NCBI GenBank assembly: GCA_023246355.1
Contig: JAHFIQ010000003.1
Coordinates: 85,018-149,017, forward strand
Direction: 5' to 3'
Length of the DNA stretch: 64,000 nucleotides
DNA from: Candidatus Uhrbacteria bacterium
GTDB lineage: Bacteria > Patescibacteriota > Patescibacteriia > UBA9934 > GWF2-40-263
In this document: positions 45,832 through 54,257 of the stretch, piece by piece
How the letters are laid out: each line of letters begins with the position of its first letter
Position numbering within the stretch: the stretch's first letter is position 1
Notes under the pieces: model-generated
Database searches by the model: none
What the model saw: the letters and a program-made list of their open reading frames with translations, nothing else
What the model was told of the DNA's origin: nothing
Translations under genes and position numbers: made by a program

Positions 45832-47289
45832 ATGGGAGCTGGAAATGTCATCGTACGATTTGAAGATGTGTCCTTTGGATACCAACGCGAGAACCCCATT
45901 CTCGATGAGGCGAGTTTTTCGGTTCGCGAAGATGTGAAGCTCACGCTCATGGGACAAAATGGTGCGGGCAAAAGTACCATCTTCAAACTCATCACAGGGG
46001 AATTGAAAGCAGACAAAGGCAACGTTCATATCCTTCCTGGAAAGACCATCGCCACTGCCAAGCAAGTCATGGCGCGTGAACACCTGACTGAATCTGTCCG
46101 CGACTATTTTGGTCACGCGTTTGTTGACGTGCCATACAACCTCGATAAAAAAATCAAAGACGTTCTGGAGGTTGTGAATCTCACAGCCCCCCTTGAAAAA
46201 CCCGTCGGTGATTTTTCTGGTGGACAACAGGCGCGGCTGTTGTTGGCGTTTGCGCTCATCCAGGAACCAGACATCTTGCTCTTGGACGAACCTACAAACA
46301 ATCTGGATCGCGACGGCATCGATCATCTCACCATGTTTCTCATTCTCTATCCCAAAACCGTGCTCGTCATTTCTCACGACGCGGATTTCTTAAACAGCTT
46401 CACTGAAGGCGTGCTCCATCTGGATGTCTTCACAGGCAAAGTGGAAAAATACGATGGCAACTACACGGACGTGGTAGAAGAAATCGCTGCACGCGTTGAA
46501 CGTGACCGTGCAAAAAATGCCCAGCTTCTCAAAACCATTCAAGATCGAAAAGACAAAGTCAATTTTTTTGCACACAAAGGTGGCAAGATGCGTAAACTTG
46601 CAAGCAAACTTCGTGAAGAAGTAGCCGAGGCCGAAGAAAATATGGTCGATGTCCGCCGCGACGACCGAACGATCACAAATTTTACCATTCCCTGCCAGGC
46701 GTTCACTGAACCGATCGTCAAAATTACGGGAGTGAAAGTCATCCAAAACCACGAGCCGCATCACGTCAAAATCGATCTTGAACTCCGTCGCAGAAATCAC
46801 CTCCTGATCGCGGGCCCAAACGGGATCGGCAAAAGCACATTGCTTCGATCACTCGCCGAGGGAAAAAATCCTGACGCGGTCATCACACCAGGTGTGAAGG
46901 TCGGCTACTACAAACAGGATTTCTCTGGACTTGATTTTGCAAAAACGGCCTATGCTTCACTAGAGGAAGTCATGGATCAACCTGACAACGAAACCATTCG
47001 ACGCACGGGCGCACGATTTCTCTTGGACGGCGATGCTCTTGCCACACCAGTGGGCGCCCTCTCTGAAGGCCAAAAAGGATTGCTCTGCTTTGCACGATTC
47101 GTCCTGCAAGAACCAGGCCTGCTCATCTTCGACGAACCAACCAACCACATCAATTTCCGCCACCTCCCGGTTATCGCCCGCGCTTTGAACGACTTTGAAG
47201 GCTGCCTCATCGTGGTCAGCCACGCCGAGGATTTTGTGAAGCAGATTCGATTTGACCAGACGCTGGATCTCTCGTCCTTGATAAAATAG
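45832..47289 (+). CDS. ABC-F family ATPase (tandem ABC domains, no TM)
   Basis: Two Walker A sites (GQNGAGKST and GPNGIGKST) and two ABC signatures (FSGGQQARL and LSEGQKGLL). Start set at MGAGNVIVRF to leave room for divergent promoters. Confidence 0.88.
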   Translation: MGAGNVIVRFEDVSFGYQRENPILDEASFSVREDVKLTLMGQNGAGKSTIFKLITGELKADKGNVHILPGKTIATAKQVMAREHLTESVRDYFGHAFVDVPYNLDKKIKDVLEVVNLTAPLEKPVGDFSGGQQARLLLAFALIQEPDILLLDEPTNNLDRDGIDHLTMFLILYPKTVLVISHDADFLNSFTEGVLHLDVFTGKVEKYDGNYTDVVEEIAARVERDRAKNAQLLKTIQDRKDKVNFFAHKGGKMRKLASKLREEVAEAEENMVDVRRDDRTITNFTIPCQAFTEPIVKITGVKVIQNHEPHHVKIDLELRRRNHLLIAGPNGIGKSTLLRSLAEGKNPDAVITPGVKVGYYKQDFSGLDFAKTAYASLEEVMDQPDNETIRRTGARFLLDGDALATPVGALSEGQKGLLCFARFVLQEPGLLIFDEPTNHINFRHLPVIARALNDFEGCLIVVSHAEDFVKQIRFDQTLDLSSLIK

Positions 47290-47295
47290 TCGTGA

Positions 47296-47419
47296 GACCC
47301 CTGCAAAACTCGATGAGATTGCGGTGCGCGGGGAAGCCAGCCACCGAGGCGTAGCGATAGCTACGTTGAGGTGGTGGCGGGGCCCGCAAGCCGCAAGATC
47401 GCGAGTTTTGCAGGGGTCT
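47296..47419 (+). repeat. MITE-like structured repeat, copy B (124 bp)
   Basis: GACCCCTGCAAAACTCGATGAGATTGCGGTGCGCGGGGAAGCCAGCCACCGAGGCGTAG-cgatag-CTACGTTGAGGTGGTGGCGGGGCCCGCAAGCCGCAAGATCGCGAGTTTTGCAGGGGTC. Confidence 0.8.
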
Positions 47420-47461
47420 CTTGTATTGACAACATCACTACATCTGCTACCCTGGTATTAT

Positions 47462-47740
47462 ATGACAACGGTGCAAGTTCGTATTGATGAAAAAACAAAA
47501 CGCGAAGCCAAGCGTGTGCTGGACGGTCTTGGCATTGACATGAGTGGCGCCATCAAACTCTACCTCCGCCAAATTTCTCTGCACCGAGGGATTCCACTGC
47601 CTCTGAGAACAAAAAATGGGTTAACACCTCAACAAGAAGTTGAGATTCTCACCGCGTCAAGTGAGGCAAAAGAAGGAAAAAACGTTTCAAAAAAAATGAG
47701 TCCTCGTCAGGCTCTCGACTATCTGAATTCACTCTCATGA
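47462..47740 (+). CDS. dinJ: RelB/DinJ-family antitoxin
   Basis: MTTVQVRIDEKTKREAKRVLDGLGIDMSGAIKLYLRQISLHRGIPLPL matches the DinJ ribbon-helix-helix pattern; 4-bp overlap with the toxin gene. Confidence 0.85.
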   Translation: MTTVQVRIDEKTKREAKRVLDGLGIDMSGAIKLYLRQISLHRGIPLPLRTKNGLTPQQEVEILTASSEAKEGKNVSKKMSPRQALDYLNSLS

Positions 47741-48000
47741 AAATTCAGTTTCACAAACGTTTTGAAAAACGTTTCCAACGACTCCCACCGCACTTGAAGC
47801 ACAAGGCAACGGAAGCCATCAATCGGTTCATGACAGATCCGTTCCATCCACTTTTACGGAATCACGCTCTCACAGGACGCATGAATGGAAAACGTGCATT
47901 TTATGTTTCGGCAAACGTTCGAATCATTTTTGAGGAACTGGATGGTTACACGCTGATTCTTCTCCTTGATATCGGATCTCACGAGATGGTTTACCGGTAA
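47737..48000 (+). CDS. yafQ: YafQ/RelE-family mRNA interferase toxin
   Basis: 87 aa; KRFQRLPPHLKHKATEAINRF...HPLLRNHALTGRMNGKRAFYVSANVRIIFEELDGYTLILLLDIGSHEMVY. Confidence 0.85.
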   Translation: MKIQFHKRFEKRFQRLPPHLKHKATEAINRFMTDPFHPLLRNHALTGRMNGKRAFYVSANVRIIFEELDGYTLILLLDIGSHEMVYR

Positions 48001-48056
48001 AAGATTCCCTTGATCCGACTGGCATTGTTATGCTACGCTTCGCCGCACCAAAAGAC

Positions 48057-48131
48057 GGCCCCATCGTCTAACGGTTAGGACGGCAGGTTCTCATCCTGCA
48101 AACCGGGGTTCGATTCCCCGTGGGGTCACCA
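48057..48131 (+). tRNA. tRNA-Glu (anticodon CUC), CCA encoded
   Basis: Cloverleaf: acceptor GGCCCCA/TGGGGTC, D-arm GTCT-AACGGTTA-GGAC, anticodon arm GCAGG-TTCTCAT-CCTGC, T-arm CGGGG-TTCGATT-CCCCG, 3' ACCA. Confidence 0.85.
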
Positions 48132-48173
48132 ACTAAAACACCTGAGTTTTCTCGGGTGTTTTAGTTGGTGACC
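48124..48173 (+). repeat. 19-bp perfect inverted repeat that includes the tRNA-Glu 3' acceptor/CCA end
   Basis: GGTCACCAACTAAAACACC-tgagttttctcg-GGTGTTTTAGTTGGTGACC, followed at 48175-48215 by an inverted partial copy of the tRNA T-arm region (GTGGGGAATCGAAC) interrupted by the palindrome GCACATGCCctgcGGCATGTGC. Confidence 0.7.
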
Positions 48174-48291
48174 TAAGCACATGCCCTGCGGCATGTGCGT
48201 GGGGAATCGAACGCCGGAGCCATATGCGGCCAGCAGGCCGCATGGCGAGGCGGTGCCCAGCCCGAGCCGCTGCAGCGGCGAGAGGCGCGGG

Positions 48292-48312
48292 CGATTCCCC
48301 GTGGGGTCACCA
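48292..48312 (+). repeat. 21-bp direct repeat of the tRNA-Glu 3' end (att-like)
   Basis: cgattccccgtggggtcacca is identical to 48111-48131. The intervening 48216-48291 is ~70% GC and packed with palindromes (GCCGCTGCAGCGGC, CCATATGCGGCCagcaGGCCGCATGG). Confidence 0.7.
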
Positions 48313-48365
48313 CAAAAAGACGTACCCGTGATATGTTCGCTACCGATCACTCGTACGTCTTTTTG
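48313..48365 (+). other. 13-bp-stem hairpin (CAAAAAGACGTAC...GTACGTCTTTTTG) after the att-like repeat
   Basis: Perfect 13-bp arms with a 27-nt loop and flanking A/T runs. Possible bidirectional terminator. Confidence 0.4.
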
Positions 48366-48400
48366 TTTGTCTAAAAAGTCCGTAGTCGGACCTGACCCCA

Positions 48401-49366
48401 TTACTCCGGATACTCACTTACATACACCATGAAATACGAACCGTCGGCTAGCTCGGCGACGGCCATATCTTGGATGTAGCCGCTTCCGAGCGTGGAAGCC
48501 GCTGTGGCATCCAGGGCAATGTCGTCAGCCGTCCAGGTGGTTGCATCCGTTGTTGTGAACGAACGAATATTTGAATCAGGAAGAGAGAAACCAAATAGGC
48601 GCATCATGGAACCGTTAAACGTCGGATTAGAAATAATGTAGCCGCGCAGTGGAAGCTCAACGGTCGAAGGTGTCGTAAGGGTAAATGTTTTCCCGTCGGT
48701 TGAGGTTGCGTGATGTTGTTCCCCTGTCTTTTCATCCAACACAAACATATGCCACAGGCCATCAAAGAACATCGTGGAGGAATCGTTGAGATTATGTGTT
48801 GGGGATAGCGCAACACCTTTGTACGTAAACGCGATGCCGTCAGGACTCTCTGCATAGGCGATCCCCAGCGTGTTGTCCTGTTTCACGTTGGTCGTAAAAA
48901 ATAATCGGAAGGTTCCATCATCAAGCAAGACTATATCTGGATCACTTGGCGGGCGGTCAGACGTGGAAGGCCAATTGAGGCGCGTGGTGAAATGATAGGT
49001 CCACGTCTTCCCGTTGTCGCTTGAAATCGCCACAGGCATTGTTTCTTTTCCTTCTTCAATCCCTTGACCAATGTAGTACAGATAGATGGTTCCCTCGTCA
49101 GTCACTACCATGTCGGGAACGTTTCCCTGCTCGGTGAAAATCTCTCCCGTTGGTGTGAAATGAATCCCATCCGTGGAGGTTGCTGTAAGCAGTCGTCGTT
49201 CTCCTGCACTGGCAGGTGGTGGATTTTCTGCTTTTTCCGTTGGCGGAGTGAAATCACTCGTCTGTGTCTGTACGTCCGCATCACTCACGGACGATTCACT
49301 TGCCGATGAACAACCAAACCCAAGTATGACGATTCCCATCAGCACAAAAGATAGATATTTTTTCAT
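48401..49366 (-). CDS. BNR/Asp-box repeat lipoprotein (sialidase/glycosidase-like beta-propeller)
   Basis: Lipobox ILGFGCSS and Asp-box repeats SSDNGKTW and STDGKTFT; 321 aa. Confidence 0.6.
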   Translation of the reverse strand: MKKYLSFVLMGIVILGFGCSSASESSVSDADVQTQTSDFTPPTEKAENPPPASAGERRLLTATSTDGIHFTPTGEIFTEQGNVPDMVVTDEGTIYLYYIGQGIEEGKETMPVAISSDNGKTWTYHFTTRLNWPSTSDRPPSDPDIVLLDDGTFRLFFTTNVKQDNTLGIAYAESPDGIAFTYKGVALSPTHNLNDSSTMFFDGLWHMFVLDEKTGEQHHATSTDGKTFTLTTPSTVELPLRGYIISNPTFNGSMMRLFGFSLPDSNIRSFTTTDATTWTADDIALDATAASTLGSGYIQDMAVAELADGSYFMVYVSEYPE

Positions 49367-49419
49367 ATGAATAAAGTATACCTGAGTTTGCCTTTCTAGG
49401 TGAAAAAACGCTATCCTTC

Positions 49420-50448
49420 ATGTATATGAAAAAGTCTTTTTTCTTTTTGTCACTGTTACTCATGGGAGCCGGGTGCGCGAGCATCGAGCCTGCAGAATCT
49501 ATTCCTGAAACGAATTCAACCCAGATCGAGGATCCTGTTTCTGTGGATGTAGACGATGCACAAACTGAACCTGTTGTGCAGGACGAAACAGCCACATCTC
49601 AGGACTCTTCGGAGGACCAAACCGACACATCTTCTGTCCAAGTCGTCGACGACAACACCAATATTGTTGGTTCACTTTTTACAACGGCTCAGGGCGCTGT
49701 AGACACTCGTTCACTGTCCTCCCCTGCGCGCAATAGCCTCTACTCGTGTACCGCAACAAAAATGGGAACAGCTCTTGATCGATCCTGGGTGGGTGAAGAT
49801 GGCGTGATTGCGCTTGCCGATAAACCTGTGGTCGAAGGATCGATTGACTGGGAGAGTTCACTCAACGTCGCTGTAGATTCCGCTGTGCGCCTGATCACAG
49901 GCAACGGTCTCCCAGATCATAAAACTGGTGGATTTCCTGTGCGCCCAGGATCTGAGGCAAGCTCCTATGACCGCAATCCAAATCGTATTTCCAGCTACTC
50001 CCTGAGCTATGAAATTCCTGCGGACCCGGTGATCGCCGAGGAACCAGGCTGTCTCCCCATGGGACCGATCGGGGTGATGCTCACCGGAGCGGTTTTCTAC
50101 AACGCGCTGGATGCAGACAACCGCGATGCTGTCGCCAATGAAGTTTTCGATGCCTGCGAGGGACACCCACAGGATCGTGGTCAGTACCACTACCATCACC
50201 TCTCGTCGTGCATGGACTATGAAGATGGCATAGGACACTCTCCGTTGATCGGCTATGCGCTCGATGGCTTTGGCATCTACGGACCGTTTGGAGATGATGG
50301 ATCTGTGATCACGAATGCGGATCTCGATGAATGCCACGGGCATGTAGGGATGGTCGAAGATGAGAATGGCAGCATCCTAGAAATCTATCATTACCACGCC
50401 AACAACGAATTCCCCTACACGCTGGGCTGCCTCAAAGGCGAGAAATAG
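49420..50448 (+). CDS. YHYH-domain lipoprotein
   Basis: Lipobox LLMGAGCAS and motifs GQYHYHHLSSC...ECHGHVG...EIYHYHAN characteristic of the YHYH family. Confidence 0.65.
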   Translation: MYMKKSFFFLSLLLMGAGCASIEPAESIPETNSTQIEDPVSVDVDDAQTEPVVQDETATSQDSSEDQTDTSSVQVVDDNTNIVGSLFTTAQGAVDTRSLSSPARNSLYSCTATKMGTALDRSWVGEDGVIALADKPVVEGSIDWESSLNVAVDSAVRLITGNGLPDHKTGGFPVRPGSEASSYDRNPNRISSYSLSYEIPADPVIAEEPGCLPMGPIGVMLTGAVFYNALDADNRDAVANEVFDACEGHPQDRGQYHYHHLSSCMDYEDGIGHSPLIGYALDGFGIYGPFGDDGSVITNADLDECHGHVGMVEDENGSILEIYHYHANNEFPYTLGCLKGEK

Positions 50449-50462
50449 AAAAACGCCCCTGG

Positions 50463-51155
50463 TTAGGAGACGTCAAGAAGGAGTGCTGACGCATTTTCAA
50501 TTTGGCCATCCTCGTGCAGCAGTGCACGAAGGGCATCGCGGGCTTCGACCAGCGTTGGGCGATCAAGAAGAGCCGCGAGCGCTCGAGAGGTCATGAGATG
50601 ATCATCGAGCACACGCCAGACTTCGTCAGTGGCAAGCAGCACCCACCTGCCAGCATGAAGCTTGTCGATGATGCGAACCGTCGGGGTAGATGGAACGTGA
50701 GACGCTCGGTCACCGAGTGAACGCGTCAACCTTCCTTTGTATCCTTGATGATCCTCTGTGAGCTCAATCACGTGGTGTCTGGTGACAAGCGCGGCGCGCG
50801 AATCTCCGACATGCGCCACAACCACGCGATTCGGTGAATGGTCAAACATGACCAGAGTCGTTCCGCCTTTGTAACGGCGTTTCAGCTCCATGTCGATGAC
50901 CTCACAGGCATGCGTGAGAGACAGGATCGGACAGCCGGTCGCATATCCGTTTTCACGCAACAACACAGGCAGACGCCGGGAGGCGAACTCCGCGGCATCG
51001 TCTCCGTCTTCTCCGTGACCATCGGCAACAATGCCGATCACGGATCCTGAATGAAGCCAGTCATCTTGCACGTACAGTCGATCAGCCTGATGAGGCCGTG
51101 AACCCCGCATCGCAAACCCTGCCCAACGATCAGAGCGAATCAGCATGAACCGCAC
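50463..51155 (-). CDS. PP2C-family Ser/Thr protein phosphatase
   Basis: IGIVADGHGEDG, GGTTLVMF, VAHVGDSRA and VLLATDEVW blocks. Confidence 0.8.
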   Translation of the reverse strand: MRFMLIRSDRWAGFAMRGSRPHQADRLYVQDDWLHSGSVIGIVADGHGEDGDDAAEFASRRLPVLLRENGYATGCPILSLTHACEVIDMELKRRYKGGTTLVMFDHSPNRVVVAHVGDSRAALVTRHHVIELTEDHQGYKGRLTRSLGDRASHVPSTPTVRIIDKLHAGRWVLLATDEVWRVLDDHLMTSRALAALLDRPTLVEARDALRALLHEDGQIENASALLLDVS

Positions 51156-51205
51156 CTAAAGCTCGGCCGAAATAGTACCCGTTTTTACAAAATCGAACAA
51201 GGGAT

Positions 51206-52498
51206 CTATTCCCAGGCTTTTTCTTGACGTACGAGGAGGTCTTGCGCACGCAAGGGTTCTGCCATGACATCCTTCACCACCCGTTCCATGCGTGCGGACT
51301 GAGAGCCTTTGACCAAAATGATGTCGCCTTTTTTGATGTGTGGATCTAGCCAGCGACCCGCCTCTATTGCATCGGAAACATGTTGTGTGTGATCCTCCGG
51401 AATGCCGGACTCAATCGCGCCGCGCTGTGTGTGCAGCGACAACTCGCCAACCGTGATGAGCAGATCCACGCCAGCCTCGGCCGCGCGCATGCCCAGCATT
51501 CGGTGCTCACTCTCGCTCGCGGGTCCAAGCTCTGCCATGTGACCCAACACTGCGATGCGGCGACCAGGATCAACAGGGGTAAACTCCTTGAGGACCTCCA
51601 GAGCCGCGGCCATAGATGCGGGCGCGGCATTGTAACTGGCGTCCAAAATCAACGATCCTTTAATTCCTGGAATCGGGTTCATACGCCCAGGTTCAAGTTT
51701 GACCTCTGAAATCTTTGAAAGAATCTCATCATGGGTAAGCCCAAGGTGCTTGGCAATCGCGATCGCAGGAAGAAACGCACTGACATTTGCCTTTCCCAGG
51801 ATATTCACGAGCTCAAGTGCAAGTTGATCGTGATCGGTGGAGGTGACATCGACCTTGACCGTTGAAAATGTTTCCCCAGGTTCAAAAGAAAAATCCGTAC
51901 GCGTGGTCAATGTGTAGTTGCTTGCGTGGACCTGTGCAGATTCCGAAAAACCGTACGTGACCACAGGAGCCGCTGCGTGACCTGCTGTTCCCATCACAAG
52001 AGCATCATCGGCATTCAAGACACAGAGTCCATCAGGTGCTGTGCGCGAGAGAAGCACGGCTTTTTCCTCCGCAAGCGCTGGGATCGAGGGAAAAAACTCC
52101 GCATGCACCGGCGAGATTCGAGTAAGAACAGAAATGTTCGGACGCGCGATCTCACACAGATGCGCCATGTCGCCAGGATGATCGATCCCGTACTCGAGCA
52201 CAAAGACCTGCGGGACTTCGTGAGGTGTGGAAAGCAAAATCTTCAGCCATCCGAAAATAGATTTGCCTGGTGACATGACTCCCAAAATAGTGAGAGGGAC
52301 ACCAAACTCGTTGTTGTAATTTTTGATCGTCGAAGCGACCTGAAACTTTGCCGACAGAATCGTCGCAATCGCATTGCGAACGCTGGTTTTTCCAACTGAA
52401 CCTGTCACCGCGATGATGAGAGGCTTGTGCGCAGCAATAACCTTCTGAGCTTTTTTGGTGATCAAATTTTGGATGAATCGCTTCATAAAATTATTCAA
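51206..52498 (-). CDS. murF: UDP-N-acetylmuramoyl-tripeptide--D-alanyl-D-alanine ligase MurF
   Basis: IIAVTGSVGKTSV P-loop, NYNNEFGVPLT and Mur ligase C-domain. Confidence 0.92.
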   Translation of the reverse strand: MNNFMKRFIQNLITKKAQKVIAAHKPLIIAVTGSVGKTSVRNAIATILSAKFQVASTIKNYNNEFGVPLTILGVMSPGKSIFGWLKILLSTPHEVPQVFVLEYGIDHPGDMAHLCEIARPNISVLTRISPVHAEFFPSIPALAEEKAVLLSRTAPDGLCVLNADDALVMGTAGHAAAPVVTYGFSESAQVHASNYTLTTRTDFSFEPGETFSTVKVDVTSTDHDQLALELVNILGKANVSAFLPAIAIAKHLGLTHDEILSKISEVKLEPGRMNPIPGIKGSLILDASYNAAPASMAAALEVLKEFTPVDPGRRIAVLGHMAELGPASESEHRMLGMRAAEAGVDLLITVGELSLHTQRGAIESGIPEDHTQHVSDAIEAGRWLDPHIKKGDIILVKGSQSARMERVVKDVMAEPLRAQDLLVRQEKAWE

Positions 52499-54257
52499 TG
52501 CTTCTTACAGGAGGAACCTCGAAATACTGTAGCAGAAACTCGGCGATTTCCCCAAACAAGGGCGCGGCGGTCGATTCGGCCCAGACCACGTCTTTTGGAT
52601 TGTCGATGCGCACGATCATGGCAAATTTTGGATCCTCAACCGGACCAAATCCCGCAAAGGAGCCGATGGTATTGTCAGAGGCATACCCGATTCCATCCGT
52701 CCTTGCCACTTGAGCTGTCCCTGTCTTCCCACCGATATAGTACCCAGGGACGCCGGCACGCTTTCCATGTCCGTATTCCACCACCGAGACAAGCATGGCT
52801 GCCAGGGTCCTGGCGGTTTTAGAATCAATGACTTGCGCGAGATCTTTCGTTTCACGTTTTTCAACGCTTCCATCGGCATGGCGAATTTCATCCACAATGA
52901 GCGGCTGTTTTAACATCCCGCCATTGGCAATGGCTGCGTAGGCCATCACGATCTGCAAAGGCGTTACCGTGATGCCTTGTCCGAACGTCGCGGTGGCAGA
53001 ATAAATTTCTGATGCGTTATCCAACGAAGAGATATCCCCACTTGATTCTGTCTCAAGTTCAATCCCGGTTGGAGAGCCAAACCCAAACGCATGAACGTAC
53101 TGCTCAAACACGGTCATGCCCATCGCCCGCATGGCAAAAATCATGCCTGTGTTGATGGAGTCTTCCAAGACCTGCGTCATCCCGACCGTCCCGTACACTT
53201 TTCCTTCCGCGTTCCCGATCGGCTTGGGCCATCCATCCACCATCACAGATCCGGTGTCTGTAAACGTCGTGGTCGGCGTGACAGCCCCCACATCCACGGC
53301 CGCGGCCATGGTGATCGGTTTAAACACAGAGCCTGGCTCATAGGAACCAAAAATCGCTGGATTGTTAAACACGTCAATGGAATCCACCTCACCGTAGTGG
53401 TTGGGATCAAAGTCAGGCGCGCCACACATGGCTAAAATTTTTCCCGTGGCTGGATCGACAATAATAATGCTTCCTCCCTCAGCACCATGTTTCAATACCG
53501 CTGCCTGGAGCGTTGAGCAGGCTTTGTATTGAATGGTTCTGTCGATCGTGAGCACGACATCAGATCCATCAACCGCAGGAATAAGATCTTGGTCTGCCAC
53601 GGCGATCAAACGTCCAGCAATGTCGCGTTCTGAACGAAGTGAGCCTGCGCTACCTGTCAGCACGTCATTAAAATATCCTTCGATGCCGTACTTTCCCGAG
53701 ACGCTCCCATCTTCATTTGCGCCAACAAAGCCAAGCACATGTCCGCTCATCTCAGGCTCGGGATAGACTCGAGAAGACTCACGGACATACGAGATTCCAG
53801 GAAGATCAAGATCGAGAATCTTTTGCAAGGTTGCATCATCGACTTCCCTTTCGATCGGTTCATACGGATCTTCCGGTTGATCAAGACGTTCTTCCAGGAG
53901 GAGAATAGCTTCATCGTCATAGCCAAAAATTTCTCCAAGAGCCTCTGCGGTATCGTCTGGTTCATCCACGAGCCTTGGATCGGCCCAGATAAACGCCAGC
54001 TCTTCATTGGTGGCCACAGGCACGATCGTCTCGTCCTTGTAGTCATGCAAATAAATATCTCCGCGCTCGGGAATCAATTCTTGAAACAGCTCATGCTGGC
54101 CGCTGGCAAGGGCCTCATAATAATCGTGTTCCAACACCTGCAAGACAACGAGCTTTAACACAATCACCCCAGCAAACGCCACAAGCGCATATCGAAACAC
54201 CTCCAGACGAATGTCCAGATCTCCACGCGCTGATGGTCCCCATCTGCCTCGTTTCAT
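52491..54257 (-). CDS. ftsI: penicillin-binding protein 2/FtsI-type transpeptidase
   Basis: N-terminal TM, SxxK (GSVFKP), SxN (DSINTG) and KTG (GKTGTAQ) motifs. Confidence 0.9.
   Translation of the reverse strand: MKRGRWGPSARGDLDIRLEVFRYALVAFAGVIVLKLVVLQVLEHDYYEALASGQHELFQELIPERGDIYLHDYKDETIVPVATNEELAFIWADPRLVDEPDDTAEALGEIFGYDDEAILLLEERLDQPEDPYEPIEREVDDATLQKILDLDLPGISYVRESSRVYPEPEMSGHVLGFVGANEDGSVSGKYGIEGYFNDVLTGSAGSLRSERDIAGRLIAVADQDLIPAVDGSDVVLTIDRTIQYKACSTLQAAVLKHGAEGGSIIIVDPATGKILAMCGAPDFDPNHYGEVDSIDVFNNPAIFGSYEPGSVFKPITMAAAVDVGAVTPTTTFTDTGSVMVDGWPKPIGNAEGKVYGTVGMTQVLEDSINTGMIFAMRAMGMTVFEQYVHAFGFGSPTGIELETESSGDISSLDNASEIYSATATFGQGITVTPLQIVMAYAAIANGGMLKQPLIVDEIRHADGSVEKRETKDLAQVIDSKTARTLAAMLVSVVEYGHGKRAGVPGYYIGGKTGTAQVARTDGIGYASDNTIGSFAGFGPVEDPKFAMIVRIDNPKDVVWAESTAAPLFGEIAEFLLQYFEVPPVRSIE

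Noticed and set aside
48175-48260. Possible second tRNA on the minus strand after tRNA-Glu
   Set aside because: Only the T-arm-like GGGGAATCGAAC segment is present. No acceptor/anticodon arms can be folded. Interpreted as an inverted partial tRNA copy within an att-like scar.
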